The notes beneath the pieces were generated by a model. The model searched no databases. It was given only the letters and a program-made list of their open reading frames with translations, and had not been told where the DNA came from. Shown in pieces: positions 33,349 through 43,537 of a stretch of 64,000 nucleotides of DNA. The stretch covers positions 1,216,001 to 1,280,000 of the forward strand of contig CAWGMQ010000010.1 in the NCBI GenBank assembly GCA_963823665.1, in the 5' to 3' direction. The number at the start of each line of letters is the position of its first letter. Position 1 is the stretch's first letter. Both the position numbers and the translations under genes were made by a program. This stretch comes from an uncultured Planctomycetota bacterium. GTDB taxonomy: Bacteria; Planctomycetota; Planctomycetia; Isosphaerales; Isosphaeraceae.

Positions 33349-34448
33349 ATGCAGCTTCGTCATGCCGCGATCGCGTGGTGCTCGCTCTTTCTCGTGGCTC
33401 TCTCCGGCAGCGCTCGAGCCCAGCGCCTGCCGCAGAATGTCGTCACCTCGCACCCGCAAGTCTTCGAGATCACCGTCAAAACCACGTTCGTCGTGCCGGC
33501 TGACACGACGAATTTGGAAGTGCTCCGAGTGTGGCACGCCCTGCCGACCCGCGCCCCTGGGACGGCGTTGATTCAAAGCTGGGCGTGTCGGCAATCACAT
33601 TGGAGCCGCGTCTCGGCCGCATCCAGCACGTCGAGGCCAATGATTCGGACAGCGTCGTCTGGGAGTTGAGCCAGGGCCTTGTGCCGGGTACGAAGCTCGA
33701 ATTCAGCAGCCGCTTTCGCGTGCGTTCCGTCGATCGAAGTCTCGACCTCGAAAAGGCGAACGCTAGTTCGTCAAGCTCACCGCAGACGAAACGAGCACGA
33801 GCCCGCTCTCCGGTTCGCAAGCCCGAGGGCTCCAGTAAGCCGGCCGCCAGGAAAACGGGCCCATCGCAAACCCGGCGCGAAGAACCTATCCCCGCAGACG
33901 ACGTGAGCCTCGAAGCAATCGTGCGCGACATCACGGGCCGCCACTCGCCTGCTGAGTCGGCGCTCGAGTTCTGCAAGTGGATTACCGCGAACATCAAGTA
34001 CGATGCCTCCGTTCCCTACGGTTCTGATGACCTTCCGGCGACGCTGAAGAACAAGAAAGGCCATTGCGGCCATCAATTGCACGTGTTTCAGACAATGTGC
34101 TCGCTCGCCGAAATCCCCTGTAAGACGGTGGTGGGTCTGAACCTGTACCGCCCCGACGGAATGGCCGCGCTCCACAAGATTCGCCCCGACTACGAGAACG
34201 CACACTCTTGGGCCGAGATCTTGCTTCCCGGCTCCGGCTGGGTCGAGATCGACCCCGGCCAAGGCGACAAAGCCTATTCCCTTCCAGCCCAGCTCATCCA
34301 GAACAACGCCGACTACCAGAACTACGTGGTCTGGATGAGAGTCGACGGCCAGTGGAAGATCGCCCAGTGGGAATACCGCGACGGTAAGTGGTTTTCCGCC
34401 TACGGAATCGAGAACGTCCGCACCTACAAAAAGCTCGAAGCGAACTAG
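33349..34448 (+). CDS. Secreted transglutaminase-like cysteine protease; frameshift near 33552
   Basis: Signal peptide; triad motifs KGHCGH, HSWAE, GWVEIDP. Confidence 0.85.
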
Positions 34449-35357
34449 CGCCGCCTCGCAAGCATCTGCGCTTCGGCCCGCGAACATCCGCTCGTCCGCT
34501 GAGATCGAGAACCTTCGAAATTGCCCGTCGCCCCACAAACGCGCTCGACCTATCCCAGTGCGACCGCCCTATCGATGTCAATCGCGTCGTTCGCACGCGC
34601 CGCACCCAGCTTCTGAGGCATCCGCGTTCCGGCCGTCAAATCACCGCCGCCTCGAGCGAACGCAAAGCGTAATTAGCTGACGCGGCAGCCGCTACGAGTA
34701 CTCGTTGCCTCGATCCAACACGACCGTCCGACATCTGCCGAGTCGATCCCCACGATCGCGTGCCATGTCCCGTCTGCGTCCCGGCCTCGCTCTCATCTCC
34801 TACTTCGTTACCTTTGCTGCCTTCTGTTCAAATCTGGTATTTCCCTGACTATGCCAAGCCTGGCGAGCGTGTCAATTCCGACAAGAAGTGCATCTGATTG
34901 GTCGCAGCTTAGAACAACCTTCTATTCAAATCCGGTCTCTCGCCGGGCATGGCAAGCCCGGAAAGCCTGTCATTTCTGACGTGCGCGCGCTCCGCGAAGG
35001 GACTCCGTCCAACCCCATTGCCTCCACCGATTTCGCCCACTCGCCACACACAATAGAATGCAGAAAGAAACCGATGAGTGAGCAGCACGCGCAGCCATCG
35101 TTCCGGTCGCGTCGCGCAGTCGTCTGCAGCAACCGTCCGCTCATTCGGAAGCGGCAACGAATTGGTGAGAAAGGAACTCGCTGACGCAGCAGGCGTGTTG
35201 GGTGCTCGGCGGCTGCATCCGGAGGGCCGGCAATTGCCCAAACGACCCGCCTCCTGCGTGCCGTTCTCGTTTCTTCGACAACTGTCGTTGACCAACCCGC
35301 CTCCAGAAAATACCCTGGAGCAAGAAATCAAGCACATCAGCCAGCGGAGCAGCGCAA

Positions 35358-36650
35358 ATGACGCCAATCGCCCTGTTGCGCCGCAGCTTTCCGACTCCAG
35401 GATTGGTCATCCGGTGGATTGGCAAGAGCCGTCGGCGAATCGCCTCCCTGCTCCTCACGCTCCTGGCGATCATAGCCGCCCCTCCGCTCTGGTGGTCGGC
35501 GCAACTGATCGCCCTCCCCGACATCGGCGACCCGTTCGACATCACTTCATTCCCCCCGTCCACGATCCCGGCTGACCGAAACGCCTTCATGCTCTACCGC
35601 GAGGCCGACAGGCTGCTCAAGCCCCTTCAAGAGTACCTCAAGACACCGCGGACCAGCGTCGAGCTCTTCGCTCGCTGGCCGAAGGCCGACGCCGATCTCC
35701 GCCGGCTGCTCACGGAGAACCGCAAGGCCCTCGCCGTCTACCGCCAGGCCACCGAGCGGCCCGATGCCATCGATCCCGCCGTCAGATCTCTTCACGACGG
35801 CGACGAACCGCTTCCATCCGGTCTGTCCTTCCGCCTCATGGTCCTGCTCGAGGCCTCGCGGCTGGAAGACGTCCAGGGCGACATGGCCGGCGCATGGGGC
35901 TGGTACCGCGCCATGGTCCGGACCATTCACCACGTTGGTATGCGCGCTTCGGTCCAGCGGCGCATCAGTATCCAGCGCTGGTACGGACAGCTCCGCAATC
36001 GCCTGGCGACATGGGCCGCCGATCCGAGGACGACGCCCGCGCTCCTCCGCCAGGCTCTCGCCGACGTGGTCGCGTGTGACGAGCTGGTTCCCTCAGAACA
36101 AGATTCGCTCAAGGCCAGCTATTTAGACGTGTCCTCGCTACTCGACAGCCCGCAGAACCCAGGTCGCAACGTGCCATTCAAGAAGTTCCGCCAGTTCCGC
36201 AAACCGAACGGCCCGCTCACCCGGGAGGAAATCCAGAAGCTCTGGGATGCCTGGCGATTCGCGCGCCGCGAGCCCGAGCGCAGCCAGCGTGTGATCCGCA
36301 TGTTGACCGCCAACTGGCTGGCGTATCTCGACCTGCCGTCCCAAAATCGCCCGAAACCCGATCCGAAGGTCGCGCAGTTGGATATTTATCCCCTCGGTCC
36401 CCAATCACCGGCCAGCGCACGTACCCTGTCCCCCGAAGCTCTGGAACGCTGGTTTGAAAGCGCCCACGACGCCCAGAAAGTCCTCCCTTACCTCAATCAA
36501 ACCGCAGTCAAGAACCTCGAGCTCAGAAACCACGCCGAGATCCTGTTGCTCCTGGCAACCGAGCTCTACCGCCGCGATCACCAAGGAACCAACCCTCCCA
36601 CACTCGAAGCCTTGGTCGGCCCCTACCTCGAGCGTCTGCCCGACGAATAA
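35358..36650 (+). CDS. Hypothetical membrane-anchored protein, paralogue 1
   Basis: 430 aa; N-terminal TM, LPDIGDPFD...NAF.LY, C-terminal LEALVGPYLERLP. Confidence 0.8.
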   Translation: MTPIALLRRSFPTPGLVIRWIGKSRRRIASLLLTLLAIIAAPPLWWSAQLIALPDIGDPFDITSFPPSTIPADRNAFMLYREADRLLKPLQEYLKTPRTSVELFARWPKADADLRRLLTENRKALAVYRQATERPDAIDPAVRSLHDGDEPLPSGLSFRLMVLLEASRLEDVQGDMAGAWGWYRAMVRTIHHVGMRASVQRRISIQRWYGQLRNRLATWAADPRTTPALLRQALADVVACDELVPSEQDSLKASYLDVSSLLDSPQNPGRNVPFKKFRQFRKPNGPLTREEIQKLWDAWRFARREPERSQRVIRMLTANWLAYLDLPSQNRPKPDPKVAQLDIYPLGPQSPASARTLSPEALERWFESAHDAQKVLPYLNQTAVKNLELRNHAEILLLLATELYRRDHQGTNPPTLEALVGPYLERLPDE

Positions 36651-36767
36651 AACGTTCGCTCCAATTAGGCTAGAATTGCCTCCTGTTTCCCTACGGACGT
36701 TTTGAACTCTGAACCGCCCGAAAGAACCAGTGACCTGCATCTGGTCCAGGATTGACCAAGGACGACC

Positions 36768-37017
36768 GTGACGACATCCCAATCGTCCTGCTGGACCATG
36801 ATCCGCGCCGCCGCGGCCGGTAGCCCAGCCGAGCGTGAGGGCTCGTTACGACAACGGGGAGTTCACGAACTAGCGTGGCAGCGTGCCCCACTTGAGGAAG
36901 CCCATAAACTTTCGGCGAAGCAACCGAAGGCTTTCACCCAACTGTGGGCCGATGTGGCATAAGGAGTTGGAAGCGATCAAGGCGGTGCTGAACAACGCGG
37001 CGGAGAAGCCCCAATAG
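36768..37017 (+). pseudogene. Chimeric remnant: ECF sigma N-terminus fused to a Ser/Thr kinase-TPR C-terminus
   Basis: SSCWTMIRAAAAGSPAERE (ECF-STK-type leader) followed by KAFTQLWADVA...AVLNNAAEKPQ*. Confidence 0.55.
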
Positions 37018-37120
37018 CCCCGGTCAGCCGTCGCGCGCGTTCCATCGTCGTTGACCAACCCGCCTCCCGAACATACGCTGGAGCAAGAAATCAAGCTCAT
37101 CGGCCGGGGGAGCAACGGAG

Positions 37121-38412
37121 ATGACGCGCCTCGCCCTGTTGCACCGCAGTTTTCCGACACCGGGATTGTTCATCCAATGGATTGGCAAAAGCCGTCGACG
37201 GATCACCTGCGTTCTCCTCGCGCTCCTGACGATCGTGGCCGGCCCTCCACTCTGGTGGGAAACGCAACTGCTCGGCCTGCCCGACATCGGCGATCCGTTC
37301 GACATTGCCTCATTCCGGTCGTCCACCGTCCCCGACGACCGCAACGCGTTCGTGCTCTACCGCCAGGCCGCCGCGGCGCTCAAGCCTGACGCGGAGTTCC
37401 AGAAAACACCGCGGACCAGCGTCGAGCGATTCGCTCGCTGGTCCAAGGCTGACGAAAATCTCCGCCGGCTGCTCACGGAGAACCGCGACGCACTGGCCAT
37501 CTACCGCCAGGGAAGCGAGCGCCCGATGGGTTCGACCCTCCACCCATCGTATCTTCTCGCGACAGCGACGCAACGCTTCCATCTGGCCTGTCGTTCCGCC
37601 TGATGGTTCTGCTCGAAGCATCGCGGCTGGAAGATCAGGGCGACATGGCCGGCGCGTGGGGCTGGTACCGCGCGATGGTTCGAACCATCCATCACGTCGG
37701 CATGCGCGGCTCGGTCCAGCGGCGGTTCAGCATCCAGCTCTGGTACGGACAGCTCCACGATCGCCTGGCGACGTGGTCCGCCAACCCGAACACGTCGCCC
37801 GCGCTGCTCCGCCAGGCTCTCGCCGATATCGTCGCGTGCAAGGCAATGACTCCCTCGGAGCAGGATTCGCTCAAGTCAAGTTACTTGGATGTGAATCGGT
37901 TGTTCGACAGCCCCAAAAACCCGGCCGGCACGGTTCCTAGCACGAAGTTCCGCCAGTCGTGGAATCCGAACAACAAGCTCACCCGAGAAGAAGTCCAGAA
38001 ACTCTGGGATGTCTGGCGAATATGGCGCCGCGAGCCCGAGCGCAGCCGGCGGGTGATCCGCCTGCTGGCCGCCAACTGGCTGGCGTATCTCGACCTGCCG
38101 CCCCACAATCGCCCGAAACCCGATCCGAGCGTCGCCGCGGTTGATATCTATCCCCTCGGTCTAGAGTCGCCGCCAAACGCATGTGCTCTGTCCCCCGAAC
38201 TGCTGGAAAGCTGGTTTGAAAGCGCCCACGACGCGCAGGAACTCCTCCGCTACCTCAAACCAAACGCAGTCCAGAACCTCGAGCGCGCACACCACGGCGA
38301 GATCCTGCTGCTCCTGGCGACAGAGCTCTATCGCCGCGATCACAACGGAGCCAACCCTCCAACATCCGAAGCATTGGTCGGCCTCTACCTCGAGCGCCTG
38401 CCCGCCGAATAA
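37121..38412 (+). CDS. Hypothetical membrane-anchored protein, paralogue 2; 1-nt frameshift at about 37523
   Basis: Collinear with 35358-36650; adding one C to CCC at 37522-37524 restores ERPDGFDP...LSFRLMVLLEAS. Confidence 0.8.
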
Positions 38413-38590
38413 AACCTTCCCTCCAGAAGAGGGTGGAGGGTGCCACTCGCCAGTGATCCGATCGACACGCCCGCAAGCAAGCGGAAGCCGCCGCGCACCT
38501 TTCCCCCAAAGCCGGATGTGCGAGGCTCCCGCCGAGCCGCGAAAGCGTCGCATTCCCACCGCGCACATCCCCGCACCCGTCCAATCTTTC

Positions 38591-39100
38591 TCACCTCAAA
38601 ATCCCATTCCCAACAAGCGTCGCGCGCAGCCGCACAACCTTGGCCCGGCACACCTCGGCCGATTCCTCGGCACGATAGTCCTCCACCTCCTCGCGAAGCT
38701 CTGGAAACGCTGTCCCGAACGCCCCGAGTGCATCCAGCCTGGTCCGATGCGCCTCCGCACCCATGAGATCGAGAAGAATCGGCATGACCGGCCGAAGATC
38801 ATCACCCCGGTTCTTCATGATCCCGGCAGCCATCGGGTAGCACCCGGTTCGTCCAAATCCCGGGTTCCTGACAAACAGGCCCTGCAACTCTTCAGTCGAT
38901 CGCGAGCTCAGCGACTTGTACTGCCACGAAACCCATAGCACCAGGGGCAGGTTCACCGCCCATCGTCCGACAAACAATCCCACAAGGGCACCCAGCGGCA
39001 ACCCGAGCGCCCCCAGCTTCACCGCGCCCAAAATGGCAAACCCGCTCACACCCGCAGCAATCGACAGCCGTTCCAGCCACGGGAACCACGGAATGATCAT
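38591..39100 (-). CDS. Hypothetical membrane protein
   Basis: Two hydrophobic helices followed by a helical soluble domain. Confidence 0.6.
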   Translation of the reverse strand: MIIPWFPWLERLSIAAGVSGFAILGAVKLGALGLPLGALVGLFVGRWAVNLPLVLWVSWQYKSLSSRSTEELQGLFVRNPGFGRTGCYPMAAGIMKNRGDDLRPVMPILLDLMGAEAHRTRLDALGAFGTAFPELREEVEDYRAEESAEVCRAKVVRLRATLVGNGILR

Positions 39101-39261
39101 GCTTTCGCACCAGAACAATGGCCAGGCGTCTAAGAACTGTAGAAGATGGAAAGCTTAAACTAACGCGCGGCACGCAATCCTGGGAGGGCGAACCTTCCGG
39201 TGAGCCTCTTTCCATTCGACGACGAACCGCAGCACAGCCTTTGCCCTTCTTCGCTCAAAGC

Positions 39262-40265
39262 TCATCGATCCGATCGCGCAGCTTTCGGCAGCTTCGTCTT
39301 GATATACCTGACCACCCGCTCCTGGTAATCCATGGGCACCAACCGCAAGCTCAAGCTCATCAGCTTCTTGCCGAGATCATTCCTGAAAACAGGCATAATG
39401 AGGTATATCCTGCCGGAAGCGTCACGGCGTGTGACGATGTCGCACGAAGCAATCTCCGTCCACGGAACCAGTTTTCGGAACAACGCCAACCGTGCCGGAT
39501 AACCGTAAACGCCTTCGTGATCGATGCGCACCTGGCAACCATCCCAGGCGAGCACGAACTGGATTCCCAGGCCGCCGAACAGAACAAGGCTCACGATCGC
39601 GATAACGCTCGTCACAAAATCCGGCGTGTGGAGGCAGACAAGAAGCACGGTCGGCAGCAGACAGATTAGTGCAGAAAGGCACACGTTGACGATCACGGTC
39701 GGTCGATTGAACGCATACTCGACAGCCAGAAAGGGCGCGACGAATCGTTCCCGGTCCGCGACCATCCGATCCCAGGTCTCGATCGAGTTTCGGCTCAGAG
39801 ACAAGCCGCGCGCCCGGCAAAGCCGGTCGGCTGCGAAAAAGGCAAAGAGGTAGCTCACGAGCGCCACCCAGAACACCAGTGCGCTGAAATCCGAGCTCGG
39901 CGCTCGAGCGTGCGGCAAATGATCGCCGATCCGACCATCCCCGAGACGGTCAAAAGGCACGTGATCACGCCGGTCGCGAACAGAAAGTCCCGCCGCGAAG
40001 CGCTGCGTGCACGTTGCGATACATCGCGTGAGCGAATGAAGCGATCGGCTGCGAGAAGCGGCACGAGCGAATTGGCGAGCGCCAGGTCCAAGACGAATTT
40101 GGAATCACCACCGACCTCCAAGCCAAGCTCGAGCGAGACAACCGCCCAGAGGAAAAGCTCGCTGACCGTGACGCAGGTCGCCATCACGACGGCCACAGGA
40201 TAGGTTCCTGTCTTCGCCCGCGGCGCCACCGGTTCCCGCTTATCCACGACCCGGCTCCTCCGCAC
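39262..40265 (-). CDS. Hypothetical multi-pass membrane protein with bPH-like C-terminus; frameshift near 39905
   Basis: Hydrophobic segments continue from ORF 39855-40265 into ORF 39262-39960; VRIDHEGVY...VPWTEI. Confidence 0.55.
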
Positions 40266-40451
40266 AAGTTCACATCGCTGACTCCGTCGTCGCGGAGAGA
40301 TCCTCCCACGGCGTTGAGCACTAAACGAGGAAATCGACTGGGAAGTTTGTGACAGTCAGCCTGGTCACCACAAGGTCCCCCCAAGCTCCCGCTTATCAAG
40401 CCGCCCAGCCGAGCCGGCTCCGGTTCGATAAGAACCCCGACAACTTGAAAC

Positions 40452-41306
40452 CTACACGGAGGCAACCCCCGGCTGTACCATTCGCAGATCCAGTATATGG
40501 CACAGATACTGGCTCTCTTTGTAATTCGTGGTGGCGAAGTCTTTGATCCCTGACGCGAGGCACTCGAGGTGAATCCAGATGTCGGCGATATTCAAGCAGT
40601 GATCGTAATCATACAGGCGGTCCGGATCCGCCATCGCATGACGTAACTCGGCGATGGCCTTGAGCAACTCCTGGCTCAGATTGGTGCCTCGTTCTTGCAG
40701 AAGTACAAGCTGCTCGTAGCTCGTCTTGATCGCTGGCAGCCTTGACCGGAAGAAATTCGCGTTGTTACATTCGATTTTCCTGCAACGGCTTTCGGGGATT
40801 TCCACCTGTACTTTTCCGCTTTTCGCTAACGTTGGTCCTTCTCGTGCACGGGCACACTCCAACCCGTCGACCACTGAATCAACGCTTTTATCGAAGCGAG
40901 CCCATAAATAAAACATATTTAACCTTACGTAGGACTCGCATTTCAATGCAAGTCTCTCGTCCCAGCGACCGCCCGCCTCGACGTCGACCAAGTCGGTAAT
41001 CTGAAAGCCGAGCCAGGACAGAACGCTAATCAGTGTGGACGCTCGGCGCGAATACTGACTCTGACTTACCGCTCTCTTCATCGCGAGCAGGAACGATTTC
41101 TCCTCGACTAGATACCTGAGACACAACGCCAGATTTTGGAGAACCACTCTCTTGTATTCCAGACGAGAAAACGAAGCTGTTATACACGAATCATGATGCG
41201 AAATAATCTCCTCTATCGCCTGCCTTTTTTGCGGATTACGCTCTTCCAGCAGGCGGTCGACTTGGATGGTTGTGTCTAGAAACAGCGGGAGAGCCTTCGT
41301 ATTCAC
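40452..41306 (-). CDS. Divergent PIN-domain-like protein (putative RNase toxin)
   Basis: N-terminal hhLDTT, SRLEY, C-terminal IADIWI and ATTNYKE matching the PIN acidic-residue layout; Cys-rich insert. Confidence 0.6.
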   Translation of the reverse strand: MNTKALPLFLDTTIQVDRLLEERNPQKRQAIEEIISHHDSCITASFSRLEYKRVVLQNLALCLRYLVEEKSFLLAMKRAVSQSQYSRRASTLISVLSWLGFQITDLVDVEAGGRWDERLALKCESYVRLNMFYLWARFDKSVDSVVDGLECARAREGPTLAKSGKVQVEIPESRCRKIECNNANFFRSRLPAIKTSYEQLVLLQERGTNLSQELLKAIAELRHAMADPDRLYDYDHCLNIADIWIHLECLASGIKDFATTNYKESQYLCHILDLRMVQPGVASV

Positions 41307-41917
41307 TCGAGCTCCTCAATGGTGATCCGCATTCGCCTTGGTATCGCATTTCTTATCGGACCGGTTACGTCAATTCCAAGCTCAGCAAATCTGCGGATAT
41401 GGTCATGAACTGCCTCGTAGTCCAACAACCAGGAGGTCAAGTCATTTAGCGCGTTACAAAGCGCGTCCCTTTGCTCGCTGCCAAAGTCCTTTATGTCTGA
41501 GCACTTGGTCGCGGCATCGAGCATCCCTAGGAGATCTCGAAACGGCACGTCCCGATACTTGGCATAGTCCCAAAGCTCATCCAGAGAAGATGTCATCGCC
41601 ATGAAGCTGCATTCCCCTCGATCAGGATCGAGCGTCCGACATGCGTCTCGAAAAGCATCGCGGGCCTTCCGAGCCACGCCCTGCGCGGCGTCACGAAGCG
41701 CCGCATCGTCAGTGCTGTGATGCGGCCGTTCTGTTTCGCGGTCGACCTGAGGATCGGATTCCTTGATGTAGACCTTGGCATCGGAATAAATCCCTCGGCC
41801 GTCGCCAGCCCTATCTGATCGGGCGGCCGGATCACTCGCCCCTTCGAATAAGCGTGGGAAGTCCCGCGAGGTGCTTCCGCTTACTTCCGCGTTGTCGGCT
41901 GTTGCAGGCGTAGCCAT
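41303..41917 (-). CDS. Hypothetical protein (disordered N-terminus, acidic helical C-terminus)
   Basis: 204 aa; GTGA overlap with the downstream gene and 37-nt overlap with the upstream gene. Confidence 0.7.
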   Translation of the reverse strand: MATPATADNAEVSGSTSRDFPRLFEGASDPAARSDRAGDGRGIYSDAKVYIKESDPQVDRETERPHHSTDDAALRDAAQGVARKARDAFRDACRTLDPDRGECSFMAMTSSLDELWDYAKYRDVPFRDLLGMLDAATKCSDIKDFGSEQRDALCNALNDLTSWLLDYEAVHDHIRRFAELGIDVTGPIRNAIPRRMRITIEELE

Positions 41918-42642
41918 TCGAATAACTCCATCGCAATTACACCAGCACGTAGATAGCTTTTCTGGATAAACAAGCTCGACCGTTCAAGGTGACCGCGCTC
42001 TGGACGAGTGAACGTGTCAATATCGACCACGACAGAACCCGTACGCAATTCACCGTCCAGCCCAGTATATGGGTCGTCTCCTGGTTTTTGGGACGTTTGA
42101 CTTACGATCTCGATGCGCCTTCTGTGGCCAGATTCTTGGTCAGCCAGAACGAATGCCACAGCCGCATCCCGCAGCTCTGATCGGGTGCTCTCCTTGAGCT
42201 TTTCCAGGAGGGGCGAATCCATACCTCGACAGATGAAACGGTCCGCTTCTTCTAGTGTATCCGCCGGCACAACAAATCGAAATCGGGCACCGACGCGAGT
42301 CGTTTCGGTCACCCTGAGGGCCCGAGTCACGATTTCGTAAATCGCCTCCGCCTCCTTCGCATACGCTTCAACCTTCGGTTCGACGCCGTGGACGTCAATC
42401 GGAGGCTTGAGAAGATTCACGGACATGCTGAAACTACTTAAATTCAAAGCCATATTCAGGTCATCATTTCTCAATTGACCACCGACGACATTCACGGAAG
42501 TCACCGCCCAGCACGGGTTACGGCTGCGAATCCGAACTATTGTTTCCCCGCAATGATCGAGGTAGCGGTAACCGTCCCTGAACCTGGTTTCGAAGGCCAG
42601 AGTCTCGATCTTCATTCTCTCGACGTGCGAGTGGACGGCCAT
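41881..42642 (-). CDS. TIGR04255-like protein
   Basis: 253 aa; FETRF, TRVGARF, VVVDIDTF pattern resembling E.RF / R.G.R[YF] / hhDhD. Confidence 0.55.
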   Translation of the reverse strand: MAVHSHVERMKIETLAFETRFRDGYRYLDHCGETIVRIRSRNPCWAVTSVNVVGGQLRNDDLNMALNLSSFSMSVNLLKPPIDVHGVEPKVEAYAKEAEAIYEIVTRALRVTETTRVGARFRFVVPADTLEEADRFICRGMDSPLLEKLKESTRSELRDAAVAFVLADQESGHRRRIEIVSQTSQKPGDDPYTGLDGELRTGSVVVDIDTFTRPERGHLERSSLFIQKSYLRAGVIAMELFEWLRLQQPTTRK

Positions 42643-42959
42643 TATTCATCAATCCCCGCCATAAACGTCTTTAATTCATCGTTGCGCTCGAACGCTCGGT
42701 CCTGCCAAGCCGGACCGAGAATCCCACGCTCCGTCACAACTCGCTCAGATTCCCAGGAAAGGCGCGAGCCACTCCTCAGCCCGTCTTTCTGATCGATGAA
42801 TCGCGTTTTCGTCCGATGGAAAACTGAACTCGACCTTCCATGCTACAGCGACGGACGGCGCGCGACCAGCAAGCCCCGCCTCTTGGTCAGCCGTTCTTCT
42901 CGACCGGGCGCCGGGGGTAGATCACCCGGATCATCGGTCCGCATTCTCAATTATCGTTT

Positions 42960-42965
42960 ATTATA
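42960..42965 (-). promoter_or_regulatory. Possible sigma70 -10 box (TATAAT) for the 40452-42642 cassette
   Basis: Perfect TATAAT in an AT-rich patch; no canonical -35 at 17 nt. Confidence 0.25.
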
Positions 42966-43537
42966 GCGTGCGTCATGAGCTTAATACGCCAGAACCGATT
43001 CTCAAGGGCGTTTCTCCAACTTGCGCCCCAATTATGCCCTAAGTTTAGCGACTCGCGTTGACAGCCCATCGTCTCGCATCCAGCCGACTGAGCCGTCGCT
43101 CGTCGCCGGCTAGGTGTGCGCCATTGTTCGGCGAGTCCCGATGGGCGTTCCGCGATTGTTTAGACACCCTCCACGGCGATCAACACACTTCGGATCTCAC
43201 GGTGCCCAGCCGTCAAATCTACAGCAGATTACCGACGTACGAATCTCGAGAGGTCTGGGATGATCGAACGGACCGAGCCGCGATCCCCGGTCTTCGCGGG
43301 CGGTGGTATTGGTCTCGTTTGCACCAGGCGCTCGGCCGATGATTGGCGCAGGAAACCGCGCGGGACGATGCGGCAACTTGACAATCGAAATCGAGCCGCG
43401 ATCTGCGGGGCGGAGCACCACACTTGTCGACCCGTTTATAGTTCCAGTCCGCACGACCCCGCAGCACCCCAGATCCACCAACAGCCATTTCTCGAGCGCT
43501 GAGCCCAGGCCCGGCACGCCACGACCAGGAGATCCCC

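Noticed and set aside
40266..43537. Prophage or integrative element around the PIN-like cassette
   Set aside because: No integrase, tRNA, att repeats or phage genes visible.
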